From Camelus dromedarius (lineage: Eukaryota): a stretch of DNA of 64,000 nucleotides. The DNA lies in assembly GCF_036321535.1 (NCBI RefSeq), contig NC_087437.1, positions 47,556,001 to 47,620,000 on the forward strand. Direction: 5' to 3'. Below the pieces are notes generated by a model that did no database searches, was not told the origin of the DNA, and saw only the letters and a list, made by a program, of their open reading frames with translations. Shown here piece after piece: positions 28,706-41,342 of this stretch (position 1 is its first letter; every line of letters begins with the position of its first letter). Position numbers and translations under genes: made by a program.

Positions 28706-28933
28706 CTTCAATTTGGAAAAAAAAAAGAAATGGTTTTCAGCCCTAGAAAATTTAGTTCTGTATTTCTAATGTGGTAATCTGAGGCATTTGTCCATCTCAA
28801 AGCAATGCAGGACCATTACAGAAGGCACTGAATGACTAGGGAGCATGGGGGGCCATGCAGCAGGGGATAAATAGCAGCAAAGTGCTGGGTTCCATCTCAG
28901 TTATGACCTCCTAGCATATTTCTCATTGTAGGT

Positions 28934-29110
28934 CAATGGTTTTCGGACTTTAGAATCACCCGAGTAGGTATGTTAGAATGAAGAATTTGTTAAAATGTAG
29001 ATTCTAAGACCAGAGATTCAGGTTCAGCTGATGCAAGCTGGGGCCCAGGAATCCATATATGTAACAGTATTTAAGATGCAAGTATTTGGAGAACCATCTT
29101 TGAGCAACAG
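28934..29110. mobile_element. MER5-type hAT element
   Basis: tagaatcacc...ttgttaaaatgtagattct...gggcccaggaatcc...ctttgag. Confidence 0.55.
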
Positions 29111-29611
29111 TATCCTCAATCTGTAACCACCGAGATTCACACTCAGAAATCTTATAATCTCTCCTGCCTCCTCATCTCAAGATGCGCCCACTGGCTTGTC
29201 CTGATGAAAATGTGCCTTTGGAAGAAGTCCAACCACAGGACTCTTAGTCAATCTAGCCTTTAAAGTTGTATTAACAAGGAACATTTCCATTTACCCACTC
29301 TACTTCGAGAGGCAAATGCAAATCATATGAGGAATCTCTCATTAGAAAACTACCATGTTTTTACTATTAGTAGTAAGTTCCTTAAGGTCAGGAGCTACAT
29401 CCTATTCATCTTTATGTTCCTCAAAACACAAAGCACAGTGCCTTTCACATAGTAGAGGCTCAACAAATAATGTACCGAATTAATTTTCACTTGGAAAACA
29501 TTCCATGAGAATTTGCACATACACAGAACGTCATAGGTGCAGTGAGAAGGGGCAGACAGAACTCCTGCTCATGAAGACTTCGTGGTGGTGCGGAAGAGGA
29601 AGGGCATTTGT

Positions 29612-29740
29612 GGGCGGGTATAGCTCAGGGGTAGAGTGTATGCTTAGCATGCACAAGGTCCTGGGTTCAATCCCCAGTGCGTCCATTAAAAGTAAATAGA
29701 TAAACCTAATTACCCCCAAAAAAGTTTTTCTAAAAAAGAA
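29612..29740 (+). mobile_element. tRNA-derived SINE, Vic-1-like (camelid)
   Basis: A box tagctcaggggtagag, B box ggttcaatcc, tail aaatagataaacctaattacc plus A-rich end; degenerate TSD aagggcatttgtg / aagaacatatgtg. Confidence 0.8.
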
Positions 29741-31439
29741 AAAGAACATATGTGTATAAAATAGAGAACAAGCCCCAGATAAAGTAAATGAGAGTGAGAG
29801 GAAACGCTTTGTTTGGTTGAATGTGCAGGTCCAGCTACTCACATATCCTCATGCCCACGTCTAGGTGAGTCCCTGTGCTGCTTCCCAGTGTCTTAAACAC
29901 AAGAAGCAAATTTGAAAGTCAGAATGTTTGAAAAGCACTGCTTAGCTAGGTTCAGACTGCACTCCCATGAAGATCTTGGATTGCATGTAATCATTTTTGT
30001 TTATTAAGGAAAAACCTGAGACACACAATGCAGTTTTTAACATGATTGCATGCCCAGGGCATAAAAATATCACTAGAAATGGCCTTAGAAGAATAAAATG
30101 TTGGGCAAGTGAAAGTACAAAAATGGGAAATGAGGTTCTTTCACAGGTTTTGCAGTGGCCTGCCTTTTCACAAAATTACTTTCTCTACATATTTAGACCA
30201 GGCATCTTAAAATATTTAGACCTGTCAGCCTTTCTGTGTTAAAACTTCAATCCTAACCAAGTGCCAAACTGAGTTTGATTTGAACCTTCTTTGAAGATTT
30301 TAGGAAGCTCCAGTATAGAGAGTGCGACACTCCTCCCTATGCACAAGGGTCAAGGCCGGAGGCTTTCAGGTCGAACCAGAAATGTATTTAGGGCTGAAAA
30401 TATCAGCATGTCCCTCAATAGCATTGTGTGTCTGTCTACAAACAGACAAAATCCATCATTTCATTGAGAGATGAGGGTTTAAGGGAGTTGGGGGGATAGG
30501 TATGAGCTACCCAAGTCTCTCAACTATCAGCTTTTATGAAGCAAGACTACTCTCTGATGGCACAAGATCACAAGGCAACAGAGATGAGAACTCACTGCTC
30601 TTAAACAGTCCCTTAATTACCTGCAGCAAACAACTTCCAGAAATGCTTAGAAAAGTATATCTTAAATATGAACAAAAGTTTAGTGTTAGCTTACAGAAGG
30701 TATCTTCAAACCATCTCCCAAATATATCACATCATATTTTTAAAAAATAATCTGACCTGCACGCAAACACACATGTGCACACACACATATTTACTGAACT
30801 TATATAGATATACATAATGCAGATATATAGATGGAAAATAGATTAACAGGAAAAGGAAGGTAGAAAGCTAGTATGAAGTCAAGAGTGAGGTATAAACATG
30901 TAACCCCCAGACCATAAGATCCTTGATAGTTATGAGAACTGGGCCACAAATTTGGCTCTGAGCTTCCTAGCAGCCAAAGAGATGGAGAAAATACAGCCAG
31001 ACACAAGGTTCCTGGTATCCATTAGATTAAAGTAAGCTGGTTGATCAGGAGAACAGATTCTCCTGGTTGCTAATGTCAGAGAGAAAATTTCCCTAATAGT
31101 GGCACTGTGTGCTGCAGTGGAGGAGGACCCCCACATTATTGCCCTAACAATGGGAACCTAGGAATGGTGGGAGATGAGTCTGATAAATAACAAAAGCAGG
31201 CCACACAATTCCTTCCCTATGACCCCTTTTCTTCACTGAACTCCTAGGCCTCCCTCATCCCACTCCCCTGGGCCTTCTGTTGCTCTCTGGCTAGCCAAAG
31301 GGGAAGTGACCCTTGCATTCCCCCTACCCAGTGCTGCCCTCCTCCAAGGCACCCCATGTGTGTGAGCCAATCTCCAACATTAAACAGCTCCTCTACAGCC
31401 CTAACAAAACTCCCATCCCCCTCATGGCAGCAAACTCCA

Positions 31440-31630
31440 TTTAAGTGTTAGGAGGCAACGAGTCTTATGTCAGAATGAATAGGCAAATTCTTCACTGCCT
31501 ATTTGATCTTGGGCACGTAACCCTTTTGGAGCCTCAGCTTTCTCATTCATAAAGTGAAAATTAAAATAATAAAACAATCTTCCATCATGGGTTTGCTGTA
31601 GGTTTAAATAGGATACAATACAGTATATAT
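31440..31630 (+). mobile_element. MIR SINE
   Basis: tgatcttgggca...gagcctcagctttctcattcataaa. Confidence 0.6.
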
Positions 31631-32131
31631 TTGACATGTACTATATATGTAAGAATGATAATTTATTACATGTATTTAATAAAGAAATTACTTAAAAGGA
31701 AGAAAACTTTTGTTGAGCAACTACTATGCACTAGTAGTTGATAATTATCAAGCTCAAAAAACTCAGACTCAAAAAACTTGTTGTGCTCATATAGAGGCTT
31801 AACCTAACCCTTCCCTGGGATATCTGCATGCTAAAGAAAGAATTTATTACTTGCAGGAATATACAGTACATGGATACATTGTTGAAAGAATTTTTGAGAT
31901 TGGAGGAGGGGAGCAACAAAGGAGTCTCTTCCACTCTCTTACCACCTCTTCCTCCAAACCCAGCTGCCTCCTAGCACTGACCGAGGACCAGGAACTCTAT
32001 CTTCCCTGTCCTAGACAAAGGTCAAGAGGGCTGGAGAAACCAAAGCCAGTCTCCCCTCCCCTCCTCTCCTCTACCACTGTGCCTGCATATGGTTTGATTT
32101 GGAAATTCTGGATCTCCTTTCTCTTTCTTAC

Positions 32132-32320
32132 CTGAGCATGAAGGGCTTTAGGATGGTTACTCCAAGCAAGAAAAACATTAGGACAGAGAAGGCCATCATT
32201 GCAAACCCTAGCAGCATGGCTCGGTCCTTTCCAGCATTGGATGGCAGCTTCTTGTGCACATATGGTGGGTCTCCATCACTGTGGTCTATGTTTCTCTTCC
32301 CTGAGGTAGAAAAGGCTGTC
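32132..32320 (-). CDS. KCNMB3: KCNMB3 exon 2 (N-terminal region and TM1), open frame
   Basis: AG/GT, 189 nt, TAFSTSGKRNIDHSDGDPPYVHKKLPSNAGKDRAMLLGFAMMAFSVLMFFLLGVTILKPFML. Confidence 0.93.
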
Positions 32321-32374
32321 CTTTGGGGGTAGTGGGAAGGAGATATTTCAATAAGCTCATAAAGTGGGAACAGT

Positions 32375-33596
32375 GATGGTCATTTTGTGTTGTACAGAAA
32401 TACTAGATCACTATGTTGCACAACTTAAACAAGCACAGTATTGTAGGTCAACTATAATTTCTTAAATTAAACAAATAAATAAATAAACTATTTCTTTACA
32501 AAAACAAAACAAAACCCTAACTTTAAATTCCTACATTTCTTGTAGAAAACATAAAAGAAATCCTTTATGACCTTGGTTTAGGCAAATATTTCTTAGATAC
32601 AATACTACAAGCACAATCTGAAAGAGAACAAATTGTTAAATCGGACTTCATCAAAATTAAAAATTTCTGCTCTTCAAAAGACTGTTAGAAGAATGAAAAG
32701 CCAGCCCAGGCTGGAAAAAAATATTGGCACATCATTTTAAAGGACTCGAATCCAGAATACATAAAAAGCTCTCAAGCTCAATAATGCCACACAACCCAAT
32801 TAATGACTTCAACGGACACTTCAAAGAGGATGTATAAATGTCAAATAAGCACATAAAAAGATGCTCATTAGTAACCTGTATATTAAAACCACACTGAGAT
32901 ACCACATCACCCCCACTCGAATGCGTGTAACCAAAAAGACACAATACCAAGTGTTGGAGAACTGGAACTCTCATACACTATTGATGGGAATATAAAACGG
33001 TATAACCACTTTGTAAAACAGTTGGTATTGTCTTAAAAAGTGAAACATATATGGGACCATAGGACCCAGGTATTCCATTCCTAGGTATTTATTTACCAAG
33101 CAAAATGAAAGCACATGATCATACAAAGACTTGTACATAGATGTTCATGGCACCCCATTTGTAAGTAGCCCCAAGCTGGAAACAAACCAAATTTTTATCA
33201 GCTAGTATACAGATAAACGCTTACATTCACACAATGGAAAGCTACTCAGCAACAGAACTGACAAACATGGCACACAGGACAAACCTCAGAATAATTACGC
33301 TGAGTGAAAAAAGCCAGACAAACAAAAGAGGCCACACTGTATGATTCCATTCACATAAAATTGTAGAAAATGCAAAAGTATCTTTAGTGACAGAAAGCAG
33401 ATTAGCAGTTACTCGGGGGTAGGGGAGGATGCAAAGGGGCACAAGGAAACTTTCATGGTCTTATCTTGATGGTGTGATGGTTTCACCCAAAACTATCACA
33501 TATGTCAAAACTTATCAAATGGTTCACATTAAACATGTGCCAGCTGTCGTATTTCAGTCATAAATAAAGCTGTTTTTGACAAATGTTGGGGGAAAA
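32375..33596 (+). mobile_element. composite L1 insertion: short L1 3' end (~32375-32510) plus ~1.05 kb older L1MC-like sequence, one shared TSD
   Basis: TSD aaagtgggaacagt (32361-32374) / aaagtgggaatatt (33597-33610); AATAAA at 33563-33568 and short A tail. Confidence 0.7.
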
Positions 33597-33655
33597 AAAG
33601 TGGGAATATTTACCAACCCATGGTGAGTGGAGGGAGGGTCCCATTTGCTGCCCAC

Positions 33656-33723
33656 CTGAGGGTTGTGAGCAGGTATGATGCAACACAATGAGATCTTATA
33701 TTCAGAGCTTGGTTAAAGTCCAT
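33656..33723 (-). CDS. KCNMB3: KCNMB3 alternative first exon, beta-3d-like coding part
   Basis: ATG GAC TTT...CTG CTC ACA ACC CTC AG|gtgggc; 68 nt, phase-compatible with exon 2; MDFNQALNIRSHCVASYLLTTLR vs human beta-3d MDFSPSSELGFHFVAFILLTRHR (recalled). Confidence 0.7.
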
Positions 33724-34258
33724 CTGAACAACCTAAAGTGATCTGTTATAAATTTTTTTTCATGTAACAAACAAGACTAAGGAATGTTGCCAGGGTGAAG
33801 TCTTTGGAGATCTGTTTCATCAATGACTAGGAAAGAATTGCCTCTAAGTAGCTTTCATTCATTTTATGTAAATAGTGTTAGGAACTTACTTATCTGTCAT
33901 GGATATTACATATTCCCCCTGAAAATATTTTTTACATTCTTTTATGAATTCCATATGGAAAGAATGACTCCAAAAGTTCACATTTGGAATTAACAGCATC
34001 CTGAAGTGGGATCTGACTTGTGCTTTCATATCCAGCTGCTGGAAAGGCAGATCTACCACAGGGCTTCCTGGCCCACGGCCCAGTCACTCAGAACAGGGAG
34101 GGCCTCGCTGCTGGCTTCTCCCCTCACCCACGGCTCCTCTCTGTCCACGCACAGCTCTGCGTGAGTGGCCCTACGTGTCTTCTCTCCTTTTGCTCTGCTC
34201 TAGCAAAGGAGGTGATAAATTCTTTCACAATGGGGCATCCAGTGAACAAAGTCCAAAA

Positions 34259-34554
34259 CAAAGGTCGCCAACTGGTGACCCATGGACAGCATCCCAGCCC
34301 ACAGATGTGTTTTGTTTGGCCTTTCCTGGGTTGTTTTTTTCAAATGCCAGATTAGTTGTTAACACTTTAAAAATCATGAAACGTCTCACAAAAGTGCTGA
34401 TTTCTACTTCTGAAAAAAAATCACAAGGCCCACATTCCTGCCTATGAACAGCTGGCCAAGTGAGGAGAGGCTGCCCCTGTGGACAGGGGTGTCTTCTCCA
34501 ATTTGCCACAGTCCCACCACTTCCTGTGGACAGTCACTGATTTGCCGCTCCCTG
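34259..34554 (+). mobile_element. Charlie4-like hAT element
   Basis: Termini caaaggtcgccaact / tttgccgctccctg; cagatgtgttttgtttggcc motif. Confidence 0.55.
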
Positions 34555-35533
34555 CTCAGCAGGAGTTTGTGTCCCAGAGGTATTTCCATTTTAAGAGGCT
34601 TAACAAAATCTTAAGCCAAACAAATGCAGTCATAATGGTAAAAACTCAGGCTCCATCGAGCTGTGTAAAAAGCTTACTAAATTTTGAAGCTGAGCAAAAA
34701 CCCTGTCAAGGGAATTGCTAGCTGTTTTCTTCCAAAAGTGTATTTAATATTTTATCCCTCATCCTTCCCCTTTTCTTCCCCTAGTCCCCTTTCTCCCTGA
34801 CAATATCTCGGACCGTAGACAGTGAGCAGAATGTCAGGCAACCTAGTATGTTCCAGGAGCCTGCTCTGGGAAGCACTGCTCTCAATAGATGGCAACACCC
34901 TGTCGTTAATACTGCTTTAGGAATCGAGGCCCTGGTTTGGGGGTGTTTCATCTCCTTTGATATGTTATGCACCCTCTATCATCCCACCCTCAGAGAATGG
35001 GCATGGGAAATTTTTTTAAAATAAATTTGAGCCAGTATGTTTTATATTTTCTCAACAAATATGATATATTGATTTATAAAAGAGTTTTGGCCCTGAAGGA
35101 AGGTTTGGATATTTTGTAGGTTCCCAAAACCCAATGCCCTGTATTTCCTCCATGTTCTAAAACTGGGCTTTAGTTGCTTTGCATTGTAAGGGGTCTTGGA
35201 GGTTTACTGTCAGAGAACCATGGGATCCATGCAGGAAGGGGCTTATTATGAGGCCTCTCTGCCATTTCTAACACACTGATTTAACCTACCCAATTATAAG
35301 TGTATGATGTACAAAACTGATTCTGATCTAGTTTAGGAATAAGAGAGACATGGTAGTGTACTAGACTTTTTTTGGTCTTTCTAATATTTCTGCCCACTTT
35401 GTTCTAAGGCTTTATGAAAAATTAAACCCCTTGTGAAGAAGTCATTTTGGGGGAGGAAAGAAAACATAAAATAATTGTTAAAAATGAATACACAGATATA
35501 TTTTTAGTGTTGTAATAATAACAGGCTTCTATT

Positions 35534-36349
35534 AAATGCTGGAGAGGGTGTGGAGAAAAGGGAACCCTCCTATTCTGGTGGTGGGAATGTAGTTTGCTGC
35601 AGCCACTATGAAAAACAGTATGGAGATTCCTTAAAAAACAAAAAATAGACTTAACATATGATCCAGCAATCCCATTCCTGGGCATATATCCAGGGGACAT
35701 TCTAATTTGAAAAGATACATGCACCCCAATGTCCACAGCAGCACAATTTACAATAGCCAAGACATGGAAACAAATGTCCATCAACAGAAGATTAGATAAA
35801 GAAGTCGTGATATACAATGGAATACTACTCAGCCATAAAAAAGAATAAAATAATGCCATTTGCAGCAACATGGATGGACCTGGAGATTGTCATATTAAGT
35901 GAAGTAAGCCAGAAAGAGAAAGAAAAATACCATATGATATCACTTACACGTGGAATCTTTAAAAAATGACACAAATGAACTTATTTACAAAACAGAAACA
36001 GACTCACAGATACAGAAAACAAACTTATGGTTACCAGGAGGAAAGTGGGGGTGGAGGGATAAATTGGGAGTCCAGGATTTGCAGATACTAACTACTATAT
36101 TATAAACTAGATAAACAACAAGTTTATACTGTATAGCACAGGGAACTATATTTAATACCTTGTAATAGCCTATAATGAAAAAGAATATGAAAAGGAATAT
36201 ATGTATATGTGTATGTGTGTGTATATATATATAAATGAGTCACTATGCCTTACATTAGAAATTAATACAACATTATATACCAACTGTAATTTAAGAAAAG
36301 AAAATTTTGAAAGAAAAAGAAAAACAAAAAGAAAAGCAAAACCAAAACA
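35534..36349 (+). mobile_element. younger lineage-specific L1 3' end (ORF2 tail, 3'UTR, A-rich tail)
   Basis: aaatgctggagagggtgtggagaaaagggaaccctcc...; TSD aacaggcttctatt (35520-35533) / aacagccttctatt (36350-36363). Confidence 0.85.
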
Positions 36350-36379
36350 AACAGCCTTCTATTTTATCCACATAATGGA

Positions 36380-38940
36380 CTAGACATACATTTTAACTGC
36401 TAACAATAAAAATTCTGGTCAAAGCTTAAAAAAAGAGTTTGAAATACTTGAAGGACAAAAAACTATGTGAAAGTAGGAACCCAGAGGGGAAAGTGGACTG
36501 AAGTAAATGTTAACCTTGAGGGCATTTGCAGAACTTGGTGACCTTGAGCTTCAGCCTCACAGTCTAAGGGGAGGACCCTGGGACAGGAGAGAACACCCAG
36601 GGCCTATCCAAGGTATGGGACTTACTGCTCTCAGCCAGAGCTGGGACCCATAAGACCACATGCTCAGTGTGAGGCTGCCCTGGAAATAACCACCTCCCAC
36701 ACTCAGCTCCCTAGGAGTTACCAGGAAAACGCCTTTCTCAAACCTTGACACTGGGTAGAGAAGGAAAACTATAATCTCCCCGAAGTTTCATAACCATAAG
36801 GTGATCTTCAGGAGAGTTTATAGCCTGAATTCACACTATCTGGGAAATTGAAAAACCTCAAGCTAAGGATTTCATCCAATGTTGTCTCAAGTAGTTAGTG
36901 CCCTCTGGCAGCTAGCAGAAGCAAACACATAACTTGTCTGGAGGCACCCACCTCTAACCTAGGCCTCGAAGGAATCCTGTGGAGTTTTGAGGAGTATGTG
37001 CCCTCATTCCAAAATCATAAAACCATAATAAGGGCCTTTGAGTGAGAAAAATAGACAACAGAATCAGATCCCCCCCAAAACTTCAGATTTTGGACAACAT
37101 ATAAAAATGTAACATATACATTTGTATATTCAATTATCTACTGATACAAATGTAATCAGCAATAATTTAAAGAAATAAAGGGACTGGAACTATTAGAAAG
37201 AGCAAAAGATTCTAAAATATGGCCAAGCCAATATTAAAAAGAACCAAATAGAATTTCTAAAGATGAAAAATAAAATAACTGAACTAAAAACTTGGTGGAC
37301 CAATTTAACAGTAGATTAGACACATTTGAAAAGATAATTAGTAAATAGATGGATCTGCAAAATAGCTAGAGTATAATACAGAGAGATTTCCTTGATGGAA
37401 AATATTGAAGAAAGGCTAAGAAGCATGGGAGATAGACAGAAAAAATCTAACATAAAGCCCATTCAGAATTCCAGAAAAAGAGAAGCCAAGCATTACTTTT
37501 AAAAGACAATAAAATTCCAGAAATGTGATGAAGACCTCGTCCACAGATTCCAGAAGCCAAGGAGGATAAAATAAAAAGAAACCCACATCACTGAGAACCT
37601 GCACAGATACCAAGACAAGAGAAATTCTTAAAAGCAGCCAGAGGAAAAAGAGATTAACTTCACAGGAATGATAATTAGACTGAGAGCTTATTTCTCTGTA
37701 ACAAGAATGGAAGCCAGAAGACAGGAATATTGTCAATAAGCTGAGAGGAAGTAACCACAGAACCCTACACCTAGCAAACATCTCTCAAGAATAAGCACAA
37801 AATAAAGACATTTCAGACACACACAAAGCTGAGTTTGCCATCAATAGACCTTCACTAAAGGAAAAGGTCAAGCATTTACTTCAGGCAGAGGGAAAACAAT
37901 CCAGATGGAAGAGCTGAGATTTACCCAGAAATGAAGAGCAATTACAGGAGTGAACAGGTAAGTAAAGATACTAACCTTATAAAACAATAACAATGAAACT
38001 TCAATAGCTAAATATTTAAATTTAAATCATTTTTAATTTTTTTTAAATAATTAAAATGATGATGATGATGCCGGCTTGAGGGGTCAAAAGCCAAACACAT
38101 TATCACAGTATCTAACTTAAAGGGGGTGATGGTGTTGGTGTGTTCTAAATTCCTGATAGTTTTCAAAAGTATGATAAAAATTGATTTCACCTTGATAAGT
38201 TCAAGTCTGCATGCTAAAATTTCTGGACTATCCACTAAAAGAGTACAAATAGGTCAAATAACTTTCAAACTAGTAGAGAGAGAAGAATGGAAAGGGGGTA
38301 AAAAATCAATCTGAAAGAAGAGGGGGAAACAAAAAACCTCGCAGAAAAGTCAAGACAGAAAGCACAAAAACATGATAAAATAAATCTAAGTACATCAGTA
38401 ATTACAATAAATCTTAACGGATTAAATGATCCAATTAAAAGATAAAAGATTGTCAGACTGGATTTAAACATACATGTTTTTACATATAAAACACACAGAT
38501 ACATAAAACGGTTGAAATTTGTTAGGCAAAGTCTAATGAAAAGCAAGCTGATATGAACTTTAAGATTAAAAAGCTTTACTAAAAGTAAAGAAAGTAGTGA
38601 CATTGATTAAAGGTTCAATTCACCTGAAAGATATAATGATACTAATTTATATGTGCCTAATAGCATTGCCTCATTGACAGAACTGTAGGAAGAAATAGAT
38701 AAAATCTACTATCAGACTGAGATATTTTTATATACTCCCCCAGTAACTGATAGCTCAACCAGACACATCAGTAAGGAAATTGATCTGAGCAAAGCAATAA
38801 AACGTTTTATCTAAATAATAAAGATAGAATACTGTCCCCCACAGAATATATATTCTTCTCAAACATACATGAACACAATTATGAGACCTAACCACAAAAT
38901 GAGCCATAAAGAAAGCCTCAACAAATGTCAAATGATTTGT
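36380..38940 (+). mobile_element. ancient L1M 5' region, ORF1 and start of ORF2 (endonuclease), degraded
   Basis: A-rich strand with L1 motifs (aaattcttaaaagcagccagaggaaaaaga; atcagtaattacaataaat; tatattcttctcaaacatacatg). Confidence 0.65.
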
Positions 38941-40699
38941 AAAAGTAATGAACTTATTTCATATCCTCATTTTATGAAACTTGGAAAATATGGATAAGTC
39001 TAGAAAAAAGAATAAAAATCACCTACAGTTCTACCACTTAGAGATAATTATTATTCATTTACTAGGTTATTTTACTCCTCTATAATATTGTTTTAAACAG
39101 AATGAGATCATACTGGATACAGTTCTTTTTTAAGCTTGTCTTCTTTACTTAACATAATAACCACTTTCCCATGTTGGTAGCAATTCTTTGTAACCCTTCC
39201 GCTGGCTACATAATATTCCATCAATTGGATATGCTATAATTTCCTTAACCATTTCCTTATTGTTGAATATTAGGTTGTTTCCAGTTTTCTGAGACCACAA
39301 ACAGCCCTGTAATTACCTTTGTGGTATTTACACGCACCTTTCATCCAAGGACCTCAAAACACTTAACAGTGACCTAATTTTGCTCTCCGGCCAGTGAGAT
39401 GAGTGAGTAGCATTTTCACTTCTTTTTGCCAGCAATAATCTCCACTTCTAACCAATGTGTTACCTGGAGATGTTTTATTCATAGTCAAGGCAGTACCCAC
39501 CCCTTCCTGTTGCTTCCTGCAGACAGAACTGACTTTCCCACCAGCTCCGACTACCACAGGCTGCTACAGGTGCCTTCTGGCTTAGCCTGAGGCAAACTCA
39601 CTTTCAAAGAGCTTAAACAAGTTCATCTGGTTGTGATCCCTGCGGAAGCCAGCAGCCTCTCCTTCCTACAACTACAACTTGTGCAGAAAATGTTCCCTAG
39701 AAAGATGCTGCAGTTCATCAAAGTTTGATAATTCATCTGACACTCATTTCATGTGTGTATGTAATTTCTAAGCTTTGGGTATGTTAAACTAATAGTTCCT
39801 TGTAATTTGTGTTGCAAAGAAGATTTGGGTAATCATTTTTACCTTTCTATTTTTTTAATTAAAAAATTATTTAACAACTTTTGAAACAGCAAATAATGCT
39901 GAGAAAAGTCAACATGGTTCATCAAGTTGAGCCAGAGGCAAAAGCAATAATCCAATTGGGTACTTGAGAAGTGAGAATGGGATACTGTAGTGCTTTGGGG
40001 AGAACACAACTGCTCTTATAGCTAGTTAATTATGTTGTGAATGGGGCATTAAAACTTGTTCCCTCGCATGTTTGTCATTTGATCTACTGCCATACAGTGA
40101 TTCATTTTAATAGCCTCACAAAAGCATTAGTTCATTTCTAGGAGAGAAGTGTTTTGCCTCTATCTCTTTCTTCTGTCTGTTCCTCCCTCCTCCAGCCCCA
40201 AACTCCATCCAAATCCCTACCTCTCACTCTCTCGCATTCCCTTTCTCAGATACCCATGAGGGTAGTTAAAGAAGGGCAGGAGCGGGCAATGTGATGGCCA
40301 TTGTGATTATTACTGTTTCCACTTTTTCAGCTCCTAGTTTCACGTGAGCCACTAACAAATCATCCTGGTTTCCAGATACAGTGAGTGAACTTAGCTGTGA
40401 GATGCACCCCTCCAAGGAGTAAGCTGGCAAGCTTCTACTATCTTATTCCTCAGACAGCCTCAGGCACCACTCCTCTCTCAGTGCTGGTGCCCACTTCTCA
40501 CTGCTCCACTGCCCCACACCCGGGCAGGCAGCAGTGCGGCTTCACACAAGGCTCTCAGCCCCTCTGCTTTGCATCCCCCCAGGGACAAAAGAGGTTCTCA
40601 GGATAACCTAACTACCTCACTTCCCCCTTCAGGAAGAGAGTGGGTGGCCAGTGACAACAGCTGAGATGTCAAGTGGAGTAGTCTAGGGAGCAGTACACG

Positions 40700-41030
40700 G
40701 AGAGCACGCTAAGGCAGGAGAGGCCGTTACTATCTCCATTCGCAGACAAGGGACGGGGCAGAGAGAGGGTAAGTGACTTGCCCACCATCCTACAGCTGGT
40801 TAAGCGATGGAGCTGGGATCTGAACCCGGGCAGTGACGCCAGGGCCTAAGCATGACTCACCAATGTGGCCAAATGCTAGGGTAATTTCTTCATTCCTTCA
40901 TTCAACCAAGAGACATTTGTTGAGTGCCAACTATGTGCTGGGCCACATTCTACTGCTGGCAAGCCAAAGATGAGTTTAAAAAGATCCCTAGCCACCAAGA
41001 AACTGCAGCCTAGAGGAGGATGCCAACAAG
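40700..41030 (-). mobile_element. MIR (~40700-40860) followed by L2 tail (~40885-41030)
   Basis: gagagggtaagtgacttgccca...ggatctgaaccc; ttcattccttcattcaac...tttgttgagtgccaactatgtgc. Confidence 0.6.
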
Positions 41031-41207
41031 GACGCAATACCCAGACAGCAGCGCTGCTGGAAGCCTCCTCCTGGGAGCCTTGGTGGGGGGACACCCTCAG
41101 AGGATGAAAACCAAACTCAACCTCCAAACTCGTTATGGCCGCTCTCCTTCCAGCCACTTGCTCAGCGAGATGCCCATGAAAACTGAGCATTTCTGGTGGT
41201 GACTTAC

Positions 41208-41269
41208 CTCCCCTGGCGTCTCCGGCCATCCTGGAGGGTAATTTGAACGGGGATGCTGAACGGCTTCAT
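41208..41269 (-). CDS. KCNMB3: KCNMB3 alternative first exon, beta-3a coding part (N-terminal inactivation peptide)
   Basis: MKPFSIPVQITLQDGRRRQGR followed by consensus donor AG|gtaagt; matches human beta-3a MQPFSIPVQITLQGSRRRQGR. Confidence 0.9.
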
Positions 41270-41342
41270 GAGACCAGGGGGCTAGGCAAAATGGACTCCT
41301 TTCACCTGAGTTGTAACCTCTGAGGGGCGAGAAGGGTGAAGT

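Noticed and set aside
29612..29690. tRNA-Ala-like gene
   Set aside because: Followed by a SINE tail, A-rich end and TSD, with two more diverged copies in the window; it is a SINE head
35422..35871. 149-aa ORF, the longest in the track
   Set aside because: Antisense reading of an L1 ORF2 tail
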